From Ignicoccus islandicus DSM 13165 (GTDB lineage: Archaea > Thermoproteota > Thermoprotei_A > Sulfolobales > Ignicoccaceae), in the NCBI RefSeq assembly GCF_001481685.1, contig NZ_CP006867.1, forward strand, positions 1,230,001 through 1,262,000: a stretch of 32,000 bases of DNA, in the 5' to 3' direction. Shown piece by piece: positions 1 through 9,427 of this stretch. Below the pieces are notes generated by a model, which was not told the DNA's origin, did not search any database, and saw nothing but the letters and a program-made list of their open reading frames with translations. The position numbers and the translations under genes were made by a program. Position 1 is the first letter of the stretch. The number at the start of each line of letters is the position of its first letter.

Positions 1-581
1 ACGTCTATTGGAGTTAACTTAGATACTTGCGTTTCTCGCTCTTCCAAGAACTTATACGGTTTCTCTAATCTAACTTTATACTGCTTCGCTCCACAGTGTG
101 GGCAAGTTTGCGCTTTAGCAGCCTTTTTCTTTATGTAGCTTACTAGTCTCTTCGCATGTAATGGCCACTTGTTAGTCAACCTCTCATATAAGTCTAAATA
201 CTCTTCAATTTCGTCTTCATTGAGTTTTAACTTCCCGCAGCGCCTACACGTAGCTCTCAGAGCGTCGTAAATGTATTGAATGAAGACGTAGTGATAAACC
301 GGTTTAGCCAACTCAATTGAGCCGAAGTGGCCGGGACAGTCGTGCATTGTATTACCGCAAGTGGGGCACTTTTGTCCCGGATTCACTACTCCCATTCTAG
401 GATCCATTATACCTCCTTCAATGGGCATACCGGCCTCGTCGTAGGCCCTGTCGCTGACTATCGTTACTCTGGACATTTGCCTTATTTCGTGGGGCGAGAG
501 TATTCCGAACTTTATCTCTTTTATTATTTTATCTATTCTTTGAACTTTGGATCTTATTCTGGGAGCTGGTTTACGTACCAT
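1..581 (-). CDS. rpoA1: DNA-directed RNA polymerase subunit A' (N-terminal part, runs off the window edge)
   Basis: Minus-strand translation from the ATG at 579-581 reads [97 protein letters not shown]..., the typical archaeal A' N-terminus with zinc-binding CPTCG...CPGHFG. Absent from the ORF track because it is open to the edge. Confidence 0.95.
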   Translation of the reverse strand, partial: MVRKPAPRIRSKVQRIDKIIKEIKFGILSPHEIRQMSRVTIVSDRAYDEAGMPIEGGIMDPRMGVVNPGQKCPTCGNTMHDCPGHFGSIELAKPVYHYVFIQYIYDALRATCRRCGKLKLNEDEIEEYLDLYERLTNKWPLHAKRLVSYIKKKAAKAQTCPHCGAKQYKVRLEKPYKFLEERETQVSKLTPID

Positions 582-688
582 AAAATTTGCCCACTAAGGG
601 TCGCTGGCGGTAGTATAAAAGGTATAACTCCCAAGCGCTCGCTCAGTTAAAACTCTCGGTAGGGTCTATCTAAATAAAGTGGGGAAGA

Positions 689-1906
689 GTGCTGTCAGCC
701 GACCTAGACGATATACTCGAAGACGTCTTTGAAAGGGTATCGAAGTCAAGGATATTTAAGAACAGGGACGTGTTAATGCCCGATTTCCTACCTAATAGAT
801 TACCCCACCGAGAGGAACAGATAAGGAAGGTAGCTAGCGTGTTAGCCCAAGCCCTCAAGGGCTATAGACCCAACAACCTATTCCTTTACGGCTTAACCGG
901 AACGGGTAAGACTGCCGTAGTTAAGCTCGTTACAAAGAAATTAAGTGAAAAGGCCCGCGAAAGGGGCGTTAGACTCAAGGTCGCTTTCGTTAATACTAAG
1001 AGGGACGATACCCCCTATAGAGTGCTTTCTAAACTCTTGGAGAACATAGGATTCCGGGTTCCCCCTACAGGAATTGCTACTGCCCAACTTTACGCTAATT
1101 TCAAGAGGCTTTTAGACAAGCGAGACTTACTACTAATAATAGTGCTCGACGAGATCGATTACCACGTTAAGAAACACGGTGACGATTTGCTTTACAAGCT
1201 CACAAGGATAAACGAGGAACTGAGGAACTCTAAAGTATCTATAATAGGAATAACTAACGACGTGAACTTCACGAGCTGGTTAGATCCTAGGGTTAAAAGT
1301 TCTCTAAGTGAAGAAGAGTTGGTGTTTCCACCCTACACTGCCCCTCAACTTGAAGACATATTAAGAGATAGGGCGCAAATGGCCTTCGAGGATGAGGCTC
1401 TCGAGGAAGGCGTGATACCCTTCTGTGCCGCCCTCGCCGCTAGGGAAAGAGGTGATGCGAGGAAAGCGCTCGATTTACTTAGAGTGGCTGGGGAGCTAGC
1501 GGAAAGGGAAGGGAGAAACAAAGTAACTACGGAGCACGTTAAGAAGGCATGGGAACAAATAGAGAAGGATAGGGTAATAGAAGTCGTTAGGTCATTACCG
1601 CTCCATAGCAAATTGATACTATTGGCTATAGCTAAGTTGACTAAGGACGGAACGGTTACTTACACCGGCGAAGTATACAAGCTCTACAAAGAGTTCACTT
1701 CGGATTTAGGAATAGAGACGTTAACTCTAAGGAGGGTCAGTGATCTGATAGGTGAACTAGATATGCTTGGCTTGATTAGCACGCAAGTAGTCAGTAGGGG
1801 TAAGAGGGGGATGACCAGAGTAATAAACTTGGAGAGCGATTACAAGTCCGTGATAAAGGGCCTTAAAGATGATCCCAGAGTGGCCGAAATCGCTGGCCTC
1901 ATTTGA
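689..1906 (+). CDS. cdc6: Orc1/Cdc6 replication initiator (AAA+ ATPase), GTG start
   Basis: ORF of 405 aa; Walker A LYGLTGTGKTAVV, Walker B LLIIVLDEIDYH, NILRDR-type sensor 2 region KALDLLRVAGELAE and C-terminal winged helix. Confidence 0.93.
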   Translation: MLSADLDDILEDVFERVSKSRIFKNRDVLMPDFLPNRLPHREEQIRKVASVLAQALKGYRPNNLFLYGLTGTGKTAVVKLVTKKLSEKARERGVRLKVAFVNTKRDDTPYRVLSKLLENIGFRVPPTGIATAQLYANFKRLLDKRDLLLIIVLDEIDYHVKKHGDDLLYKLTRINEELRNSKVSIIGITNDVNFTSWLDPRVKSSLSEEELVFPPYTAPQLEDILRDRAQMAFEDEALEEGVIPFCAALAARERGDARKALDLLRVAGELAEREGRNKVTTEHVKKAWEQIEKDRVIEVVRSLPLHSKLILLAIAKLTKDGTVTYTGEVYKLYKEFTSDLGIETLTLRRVSDLIGELDMLGLISTQVVSRGKRGMTRVINLESDYKSVIKGLKDDPRVAEIAGLI

Positions 1907-2408
1907 TGACGGTAAGTTCACTAAGGAACTATGTCCCGTAGTGATCGTTAAAACAGAGGGCTTCCCTCCAGACGTAATCGAATTGGCGTTCTTAAGGCTC
2001 TATAAAGATCCAGGAGACGTAACGGGATTGATTAACCCATTCTTGAAAAACGTTGACCTAATTCTCATTGATAGCATAACTATCTGCGGACTAGGGTTCG
2101 TGGATCCCTCTAACTTCCCTTCGAAAGCAGTAATCGTGAGCAAGTTCGTCCCAAATATAAGAAAGGCGTACGAAAAGGCGTATGAGTTATATGGAAACGA
2201 TCGATTTCGCGAAGTTGCAGAAGAGTATCTAAAGAGGGTTAAATGCGTCAAATTAAAACATGGGAAGATCTGTATAGCTCCCTATGGCTTAGAATTCGAG
2301 TACGCATTGAAAATTGTTAGGAAGAGAACGTTGGTAGATCCGCTTCCTGAGGAGGTCAGACTCTCGGATTCAGTGGCCTCGGCCCTAGGGAAGTGGCTCA
2401 ACGGTTAA
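1869..2408 (+). CDS. DUF99 family protein
   Basis: 179 aa; SLASFDDGKF..., LFLRLYKDPGDVTGLINPFLKNVDLILIDSITICGLGFVDP resembles archaeal DUF99 proteins; overlaps the end of cdc6 by 38 nt. Confidence 0.75.
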   Translation: MIPEWPKSLASFDDGKFTKELCPVVIVKTEGFPPDVIELAFLRLYKDPGDVTGLINPFLKNVDLILIDSITICGLGFVDPSNFPSKAVIVSKFVPNIRKAYEKAYELYGNDRFREVAEEYLKRVKCVKLKHGKICIAPYGLEFEYALKIVRKRTLVDPLPEEVRLSDSVASALGKWLNG

Positions 2409-3307
2409 CGCCTTCCAGTTAACAGCTTATCTAGCGCATCAACTATCAAGTTCGAGATGCTTTCTACTCTTACGAAGTCCGGGTAATCTCTATATAACGT
2501 GTTCGCTGTAATGAGTTCCTCGACTCCAGCTTCCTTTAACTTCTGTGGAGCGTTCCCAACGAGTAGTGCGTGAACTATTATTGGGATGACTTTCTTGGCA
2601 CCGTTCTCCCTCAGTATTTTAGTAGCTAACGCTAGGGTACCTCCCGTTGAGACGATGTCGTCTACTAATAGTGCCATTTTGCCCTTAACCACATCAATTT
2701 CGTTAACAGTCATGCTTACTTCACCAGTTACCCTGTCCCTAAACTTTTCCAAGAAAGTCCAAGGTGCGTCTATCTCATTAGCTACCTCTTGAGCGTACTG
2801 AGAGGCTCCCTTATCTGGCGCTACAACAACTATTTCGTCTGATTCCTTCGTTACCCTTTTAGCCAATTCCGGCAAAGCGTTTAAGTTAATTGAAGTCCCG
2901 CTGAAGTGCGCTAACGAATGTTCCTTATGTATGTTTACTACAACTAGGTTGTCCACTTCAAACGAATTAAGGATATGGAAGATAGCTTTTATTGACACAG
3001 CTTCTCCTTCACGGAACCTCCTATCTTGCCTGGCGTAAGGCATGTAAGGCATGACGAGTGTTATACTCTTCGCACCTAAGTCGTTCAATACGTCCAATGT
3101 AAGGAAGAGCTCCATGAGGCGATCGTTCTGGTCTTCGAAACCAGTATGAACTAGAACTACGTTCTCGTCTGACACCTTAAAAGGTATTCTTACGTAATTC
3201 TCACCATCGGGGAACTTCTTCTTCTCTATCTGTTGCGCCTTTAGACCTAAGGCTTCCTCTAGTTCGCTACACAACCCCTTAGGTGGAGTCAAGCATGCGA
3301 GGATCAT
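2405..3307 (-). CDS. prs: Ribose-phosphate pyrophosphokinase
   Basis: 300 aa; FPDGENYVRI, MPYMPYARQDRRFREGEAVS, PRPP-binding loop ALLVDDIVSTGGTLA. Confidence 0.95.
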   Translation of the reverse strand: MILACLTPPKGLCSELEEALGLKAQQIEKKKFPDGENYVRIPFKVSDENVVLVHTGFEDQNDRLMELFLTLDVLNDLGAKSITLVMPYMPYARQDRRFREGEAVSIKAIFHILNSFEVDNLVVVNIHKEHSLAHFSGTSINLNALPELAKRVTKESDEIVVVAPDKGASQYAQEVANEIDAPWTFLEKFRDRVTGEVSMTVNEIDVVKGKMALLVDDIVSTGGTLALATKILRENGAKKVIPIIVHALLVGNAPQKLKEAGVEELITANTLYRDYPDFVRVESISNLIVDALDKLLTGRR

Positions 3308-3481
3308 TACTTACTTCCCGTCTTAATAAAGCGTAGAAAGCAATTATAATGGAGGCGCTTCAGAGATTTTTCAATAAAGGTTACGGACGCAATCCCATCC
3401 CTAATTGATAGGTGATGAGTTTTCGTGGGATGAACGCCACTCCCCGGACCGATGGGTGAGGAATAGTTAAGGATGGGTGAC

Positions 3482-4048
3482 CTACTCTTTCCAGTATTCC
3501 AATCTATGCCTGCTCTTTATCGACCTCATTTTCATCTCTAGCTTATGGTAAACGGTCCCGTGCATTAGTCCCTCCATCAAACTCATTACTGCTTCCTTTA
3601 CTGCCTCTACGCTTTCGTAATCACCTATTATTGCTACTTTACCTTCTGAGATGCTTATCTTAGTTCCACTTATTTTCTCTAGATTCCTCTTCGCTTTCCC
3701 CTTCTTTCCTATTATCCTACCTAATATCCTCCTAAGTTCTTTCTCATTCTTGTGATCTAGCATATAATCCCTTACGTCAACCACTTCCATTACCATTTCG
3801 TCTGACAATAAGGATAGGGCGTCCTCTAACTCGAAGCCTAAGGAGAGAGCAGATATTACGTCTCTCGCCTTCATTATTTCGATCGGAGTCGTTTCCTCTG
3901 TTGGTTCTATTACTACTCTCCCACCTTCCTCGATACTTATCTTGGTTCTAGTTAACCTCTCTATTTCGTTTATTTCGGATCTGTCTTTGAGGAACTTAGA
4001 GGCCTTTTCGGGAGGAATTAATAAGTAAAATTTGGTTCCTACGGTCAA
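3482..4048 (-). CDS. KH-domain RNA-binding protein, archaeal Pno1/Dim2-like rRNA-processing protein
   Basis: 188 aa; GRIIGKKGKAKRNLEKISGTKISI KH GxxG motif and overall size/order match archaeal Pno1-like proteins. Confidence 0.85.
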   Translation of the reverse strand: MTVGTKFYLLIPPEKASKFLKDRSEINEIERLTRTKISIEEGGRVVIEPTEETTPIEIMKARDVISALSLGFELEDALSLLSDEMVMEVVDVRDYMLDHKNEKELRRILGRIIGKKGKAKRNLEKISGTKISISEGKVAIIGDYESVEAVKEAVMSLMEGLMHGTVYHKLEMKMRSIKSRHRLEYWKE

Positions 4049-4168
4049 GGCTCAACACCGGAGGTTTCGCATTTCAATTGTAAAAATCCCTGTTATTTAA
4101 CGTTTAATTCCAAGACCTCGGCATTCAACGCCTTCATCACCTATCAAGGGGGCAACACTCCTCATCGG

Positions 4169-5173
4169 TCAGAACCAACTCACCTGACTCTCAAAGAACC
4201 TCTTAACTGCTATGACTCTCTCAATTGCTTCGCTAGGTGACCTAGTAGGTTCCTCCCGAACCTCCTCCCAAAGCTCTTCCTTACCACTTAAGCCTATTAA
4301 TTCGGCCATCATGGCTCTGACGGAATTCTCTCCGTAGCCACCTCCTCCAGCACCTATAATTGGTATTCCGAAGCTGGAAAGTAACTCCCCTATTCTCTTA
4401 TAGGTATTAGTAGTTAGGTTCAGTACACCACCTATGGGATCTCCTCTATGACCATCAACACCCATTTGGGCAACTATTAAATCTGGTTCGAACGAGTTAA
4501 CGGCTCTCTCAACTATTAGTTCCAATGCCTTCAAGTAAGCTTCGTCTCCAGCCCAAGGGGGTAGCGGAACGTTTAGGCTATAGCCGTAACCGTTACCTCT
4601 TCCAAGCTCTGAATAATGTCCAGTACCGGGATAGAAGCCAGGGAAGTAGGCGTGTATACTAACAGTTAGTACGTCATCTCTTTCATAAAAAATTTCTTGG
4701 GTCCCGTTTCCGTGATGGGCATCGAAATCCAGATAAGCGACTCTCTTCCCTTCTTCAGTTGCCTTCTGAATTAAGACTGCTACGTCGTTTAGCGGACAGA
4801 ACCCACTTGCTTCACATCTACTAGCGTGATGAAGACCTCCATAAGGGGAATAGAAGATCTTATCCTCGAGGTGTTGGTAACCGTAATACAGTGCCCCTAA
4901 GATAGCTTCTAAAACCTCAGCTGAGCCCTCGTAGACGTACGTATCTCCGTAATCTAGAACACCGCCTCTCTTATTTAGCTCCAAGACCGCTTCTATGAGC
5001 TCTAGACAATGAACTTTCGCGTATTCGCTTATAGGCACCTTCCCTGTCTCAACTAATGGAAACTTTCCTTCGGCGACCTCCCTAAATTTTTTCATTCTAG
5101 AGGTCCAAGCGGGAACCACACTAGGAGGAGCGAAGAACGTTTTGGTAAAAAGGTCGTTCCATCCTACCTTCAA
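4169..5173 (-). CDS. Histone deacetylase/acetoin utilisation (AcuC)-family protein
   Basis: 334 aa; GLHHASRCEASGFCPLNDVAV, YLDFDAHHGNGTQEIFY, GADGH-like GVDGHRGDP, GAGGGGY. Confidence 0.9.
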   Translation of the reverse strand: MKVGWNDLFTKTFFAPPSVVPAWTSRMKKFREVAEGKFPLVETGKVPISEYAKVHCLELIEAVLELNKRGGVLDYGDTYVYEGSAEVLEAILGALYYGYQHLEDKIFYSPYGGLHHASRCEASGFCPLNDVAVLIQKATEEGKRVAYLDFDAHHGNGTQEIFYERDDVLTVSIHAYFPGFYPGTGHYSELGRGNGYGYSLNVPLPPWAGDEAYLKALELIVERAVNSFEPDLIVAQMGVDGHRGDPIGGVLNLTTNTYKRIGELLSSFGIPIIGAGGGGYGENSVRAMMAELIGLSGKEELWEEVREEPTRSPSEAIERVIAVKRFFESQVSWF

Positions 5174-5179
5174 CTCAGA

Positions 5180-6094
5180 TCAACCTATTTTGATTTGAGG
5201 TATTGGTGCACCGTTAAATGTGGTCATTTGGTTGGAGGTGGCTAGCAAGCCCGTAGCTCCGGTCTGCTCAAAGAACGATTGAACCTTCTCTTCTATTTCG
5301 AAACTCGCTTTAGATAGCTCCGGAATTTCTCTATCCATTACCCTTACGTTGATTAGAATCTCTTTGAGTCTCAAACCCGTTACTGGGGTTACCATTTTGT
5401 CTCCTCCCAAGAAGGATTCTTCGAACTCGCTTTCGTGAACTTTTAACTTAGGAGCGATATAGTTGTCTATAATGTATCTTATGAACTTCATCTCCTTACT
5501 CGCTTCAACGTAGCCGAAGAGGGCACCACTAGATAGGAGCATACTGTAAGCTTGAGTTCTTATCGCGTCTTCTACTTCGTTCATTTGCTTTTGACTCTTT
5601 AACAAGAAGTCCATTACTTCAAGGAACGTGTTTAGATCGAGCGCTTGGGTAGTTATGTTAACTGTAATGTTAAATGGGTCAACTATAGTATTGGAATTAA
5701 CGTATAGCTCGTCGTAGACTATAAAAGAGAGGAGAGACGCCGTTGCCCCTAACCTAAGGGGTGCTATAACGTTAACCTTGCTGAAAGATAAGTCCTCTAT
5801 GAGCTTTTTCGTTAATTCAGTTACCCTTATGTCGCCTCCGAAGGCCGTTAGGTGAAACCAAAGTTTGTCGCAGCCACTATCCTTAAGTTTCTTTAAGTAC
5901 TGAGATAAGAGTGTGGCAAACACTACTGAATCCAGTGGTTGCGCGGAAGCCACCTTTGAACTAAATAGAAGTAAGCACGAATTCTTCTCAATGCCCTTCA
6001 ACCGGGCTTCGTAGTCTCTTATAGAACCCATTAATTCTTGCAAATTCGGTTGAGGAGGCATAACTGGTTGGTTAGGTATACCAAATATGTTCAA
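5180..6094 (-). CDS. ClpP/crotonase-fold protein resembling the serine dehydrogenase proteinase (SDH/SppA-like) family, probably lacking the canonical catalytic serine
   Basis: 304 aa; LWFHLTAFGGDIRVTELTKKLIE...VNVIAPLRLGATASLLSFIVYDELYVNSNTIVDPFN aligns by eye to the GGxx...(M/L)SAGT..A.AADEI.M...S.LGPVDP pattern; FLGGDKMVTPVTGLRLKEI resembles the family C-terminal motif. Confidence 0.55.
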   Translation of the reverse strand: MNIFGIPNQPVMPPQPNLQELMGSIRDYEARLKGIEKNSCLLLFSSKVASAQPLDSVVFATLLSQYLKKLKDSGCDKLWFHLTAFGGDIRVTELTKKLIEDLSFSKVNVIAPLRLGATASLLSFIVYDELYVNSNTIVDPFNITVNITTQALDLNTFLEVMDFLLKSQKQMNEVEDAIRTQAYSMLLSSGALFGYVEASKEMKFIRYIIDNYIAPKLKVHESEFEESFLGGDKMVTPVTGLRLKEILINVRVMDREIPELSKASFEIEEKVQSFFEQTGATGLLATSNQMTTFNGAPIPQIKIG

Positions 6095-6148
6095 ATTCCA
6101 CGCGACCCGAAGATAAGTGAAAAAGGGGATCTAATTAAAAAACTTTGT

Positions 6149-7555
6149 TTAGTGATGACCTTGACCGTAGTGTGCTTCTACGGCCTTTAACACCGGCCTG
6201 GCTAACAATACGTATACTAGTAAACCTACTGCATGCGATGCTATGGTTATCGCGACCTCTAGAGGAGTTGGGAAGTAAGGCTTCAGCACTCCTAGCGTAT
6301 CAGGGGCGTACCCAGGAATAACTATAGTGAAGGTCTTTTCGGCCACCACTGCTAATATTATTAGCGTGCTTAAGAAGACTATGCCCTTGTAGCTCTTCCT
6401 TAATGGAGGTACGAAGATGGTCAGTAACGCAGCTAGTACACCTAGTACTACCCATGCCCAGAATAGCATAGCTAAGTACTCCATTCCAGGATAGCCCCAG
6501 TGGCAGATGTCGCTTCCTGCGAAGTAGGTTAGGTAGTCCTTGGCTAAGGGCTTCATGATACTACATACGAACGGGGCCATGTAGAGACCTATCGCTTGGG
6601 CCCTCTTAGCGGGTTCCGTAGTGTACCAGAAGAGCTCTTGAGTCTCTGATAGCGTGAAGTAGAGACCCACTATTAGAGCGGCAACGGAGGCTAGCAGCGT
6701 TTTCTCGTAAACGTATTTTGGTACTTTGTAGTTCTTATAGAACTTCTCTGCTATTATGCTAACTATTAAGAGAAACGCCGGTCCAGCGGCTAACGCAGTA
6801 GCAACGTATCTTGGAGCCAGTAATGGGCCTAACCATATGGGCCTAGCCGTTAGAGCTTGGCTAATGAATCCCGTTACTGTGTGGATACCTATAGCTAGTG
6901 GAGCTGCTATTACCATGAAAGCGTACATCAGCCACTTCGGTGGTTCGTACTTCGGACCCCTCCTGTACCAGTGCACAGCTAGGAACACGCCGATTAGGTT
7001 TATGATTAAGTAGCTGTTAAGCACTAGGAAGTCGTAGGTGAATATGCTCTTAGGGTTAGGTGGATGCCCCTCCATTATAGGAACTGCCATTAGCAATATC
7101 GTCCTTAGAGGTCTACCAACGTCCACGAATACTAGCGTCAATGCAACTAGTACCGCGGCCACTGCTTGGACTTCCGCCAGTGGAGCCAGCCTCATGAATC
7201 CCTTATCCCTAAAGCCGTAAGCAGCTATACCGAACAGTACGCCCGCTGCAGCTACACCGACCCAGAACACGAAGAACGATATGTACATACCCCATGCTAC
7301 GGAATCGCTCATTGCAGTATAGACCATGCCTCCCTTGTCGGGAGTTATGCCTAGTTGCGTGAGTAGATGTGGATCGAATCCTAGGTGCTTTACTAACTGA
7401 GTATATATAGCTGGTGCCGCTTGCACGCCAGCCCATAGACCTAAGCCGTAACCAGCTAACACTGCCATAGCTAACGCGAAGGCCCAGTGGCTCCAGCCAC
7501 CGTTTAGCGAGTACTTTATGAAGTACCATATGGTCCTCAATATTTCGATTACCAT
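6149..7555 (-). CDS. nrfD: NrfD/HybB-like (polysulfide reductase NrfD family) integral membrane quinone-interacting subunit
   Basis: 468 aa with about ten hydrophobic segments; starts in TAATG overlap with the upstream Fe-S subunit gene; adjacent Fe-S and cytochrome subunits. Confidence 0.85.
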   Translation of the reverse strand: MVIEILRTIWYFIKYSLNGGWSHWAFALAMAVLAGYGLGLWAGVQAAPAIYTQLVKHLGFDPHLLTQLGITPDKGGMVYTAMSDSVAWGMYISFFVFWVGVAAAGVLFGIAAYGFRDKGFMRLAPLAEVQAVAAVLVALTLVFVDVGRPLRTILLMAVPIMEGHPPNPKSIFTYDFLVLNSYLIINLIGVFLAVHWYRRGPKYEPPKWLMYAFMVIAAPLAIGIHTVTGFISQALTARPIWLGPLLAPRYVATALAAGPAFLLIVSIIAEKFYKNYKVPKYVYEKTLLASVAALIVGLYFTLSETQELFWYTTEPAKRAQAIGLYMAPFVCSIMKPLAKDYLTYFAGSDICHWGYPGMEYLAMLFWAWVVLGVLAALLTIFVPPLRKSYKGIVFLSTLIILAVVAEKTFTIVIPGYAPDTLGVLKPYFPTPLEVAITIASHAVGLLVYVLLARPVLKAVEAHYGQGHH

Positions 7556-8685
7556 TAGGCCTCACCTCCCGATTCCTTCTTCTCTTCGCCTAACCAATCT
7601 GATGAATGGGGGTTCTTAGCGTCTATAGGAGGCGTTCTAGCTGGACCGAAATAGTAGAAGAACCTCGGCTTCGTACCGGCCGAGGGCTTGAGGACGAATA
7701 CGCCGTATTCGTCTATGATCCTCTTTATTGGGCTATCTTCACTGTGCATGTCTCCGAAGGCCCTTGCTCCAACCGGACATATCTCAACGCAAGCCGTAGT
7801 ACCGCCGTTCCTACTTCTTTGGATACAGAAGGTACATTTCTCAACCGTATGAACTTCTCTTGGAACGTTTCCGAATTCATGCATGTTGGGGTTAAGGGTC
7901 AACGCGTCTAGAGTTACCGGCTTCCAGTTCATGTGTCTAGCTCCGTAAGGACATGCCGTTATACAGTATCTACATCCAATACATCTGTAGCTATCTACCA
8001 CTACGATTCCATCGGGCTCTTGCCAAGTCGCCCTAACTGGGCATACCATTATACAAGGCGGGTATTCACATTGGTTACAAGCGACTGGCACATATACTCT
8101 ATCCTTATATGGACCGTGAGTATAGTCTATGTTAGTATTAAGGAGTTCTAGTTCCTCTCTGTCTAAGTTTAGCACCTTTATCCATTCTATTCCTTGAGTT
8201 CTGTCGACGTTGTTCTCTTGCACGCAAGCGTAGGCACACCTCCTACATCCAATACATCTATTTAGGTCGAGAGCCATAGCATACCTTACTCCCTTCTTCG
8301 GCAAGGTCCACTTTACCTTTATCTCTTGACAATGTCTCTTAGCAAGCTTACATTCGGGAGAATTGTCTCCCAACCTCTTACAGATGCTCTCAGCCGATTC
8401 CATGCATCTCTTCTTGGCATCCTCTTCCTTCTTCTTAGCTAATTCCTTAAGGTTTTCAATGGTTTTCTCGGGATTTCCGGGGACTCTATAAGGGTTCCAA
8501 TTCGCAACAGCGTATTCCTCGCCATTTATTTCTATTACCTCAGCCCCACCGTAAGCCGTCTCTATTTCTTCCTTCGATAACGGTTCCAGCATCTCCATTA
8601 ACTCTTCCCTTTTAGCTGTCAGGACGGTTACGGCGCTAGCTGCTACCAAACCTTTAATCAAATTCCTCCTAGTTTGACTGGTCAT
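7555..8685 (-). CDS. Tat-exported HybA/DsrO-like ferredoxin subunit with four [4Fe-4S] clusters
   Basis: 376 aa; N-terminal twin arginine TRRNLIKGLVAASAVTVLTA; CIGCRRCAYAC, CNQCEYPPCIMVC, CIGCRYCITAC, CTFCIQRSRNGGTTACVEIC. Confidence 0.92.
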   Translation of the reverse strand: MTSQTRRNLIKGLVAASAVTVLTAKREELMEMLEPLSKEEIETAYGGAEVIEINGEEYAVANWNPYRVPGNPEKTIENLKELAKKKEEDAKKRCMESAESICKRLGDNSPECKLAKRHCQEIKVKWTLPKKGVRYAMALDLNRCIGCRRCAYACVQENNVDRTQGIEWIKVLNLDREELELLNTNIDYTHGPYKDRVYVPVACNQCEYPPCIMVCPVRATWQEPDGIVVVDSYRCIGCRYCITACPYGARHMNWKPVTLDALTLNPNMHEFGNVPREVHTVEKCTFCIQRSRNGGTTACVEICPVGARAFGDMHSEDSPIKRIIDEYGVFVLKPSAGTKPRFFYYFGPARTPPIDAKNPHSSDWLGEEKKESGGEA

Positions 8686-8702
8686 ATCCCATCACCCCCA
8701 AT

Positions 8703-9335
8703 TCAGTGCCTCAAGTAAGCGGCTACAGAGACTATTGCCGCTAAGACGAACAAAATTAACGTACTTGTTTGTATGAGGTCTTGCTTGTAAGGTTCGGGTC
8801 TATCGGAAGGTGGAGGCATTATACTGTCCGGTAACTTGACAGGATCGTGAGGGTCGTGACATTCAATACAAGCCCTCGCGGGCTTCTTGGTAAAGTGCGT
8901 GTAATCAGTACATTGATGGAACCAATAAGGAGATCCCTTATAGCCGAGAATAAGGATGTTCTGACCGCCGTCACACGTCATAGTTTTGTTTCCATGAACC
9001 AGCTTTTGATAATCGCTGAAGGTTCGGGGATGGCATTGAGCACACAAAGTATTGTATTTCATTTTTTCTTCTCTGGTAGCTAGGTTCATTGGAATTACTA
9101 TTTCACCGTTCTTCAACTTCATTGGATTATCTACCTCGTGGCAGTTAGAACAGTAGAGTCCGGCATGCGCTCCTTTCGATAGGTCAACCTTGTGCACTTC
9201 AGAAACTTTCACATTTCCATTAACTTTCATGTTTAGGTGACAATAGGTACAAGGGTACGCTGGAGTATAGGCGGTTGAAGACGCTAAAGCTACTGATATG
9301 GCCAAGGCGATAGTCAGAACGGTTAGGCGATTCAT
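8703..9335 (-). CDS. Membrane-anchored tetraheme c-type cytochrome
   Basis: 210 aa; signal peptide, four CxxCH motifs (CTYCH, CSNCH, CAQCH, CIECH), C-terminal TM helix STLILFVLAAIVSVAAYL. Confidence 0.88.
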   Translation of the reverse strand: MNRLTVLTIALAISVALASSTAYTPAYPCTYCHLNMKVNGNVKVSEVHKVDLSKGAHAGLYCSNCHEVDNPMKLKNGEIVIPMNLATREEKMKYNTLCAQCHPRTFSDYQKLVHGNKTMTCDGGQNILILGYKGSPYWFHQCTDYTHFTKKPARACIECHDPHDPVKLPDSIMPPPSDRPEPYKQDLIQTSTLILFVLAAIVSVAAYLRH

Positions 9336-9427
9336 TCTCCTCCCTCTCCCTTACGGGAGAGTATTAGTTTTATGCCTTATTACTTACCCTCTGAAAATTA
9401 ACCTTCCAGTAGGTTATTACTATGGAG

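Noticed and set aside
582-688. Possible replication origin next to cdc6.
   Set aside because: The divergent rpoA1-cdc6 gap is about 100 nt, with no recognisable ORB/mini-ORB repeats and no duplex-unwinding-like tract beyond promoter-like AT stretches.
3412-3460. GTGATGA box-C motif suggesting a complete C/D box sRNA.
   Set aside because: No CTGA box D or D' at suitable spacing; kept only as part of the inverted 14-mer observation.
9036-9100. Possible MccA-like long-spacing heme motif (CX15CH) in the cytochrome.
   Set aside because: The extra cysteines (MTC...FHQCTDYTH) are separated by about 20 residues and the second is not followed by His; only four CxxCH sites are supported.
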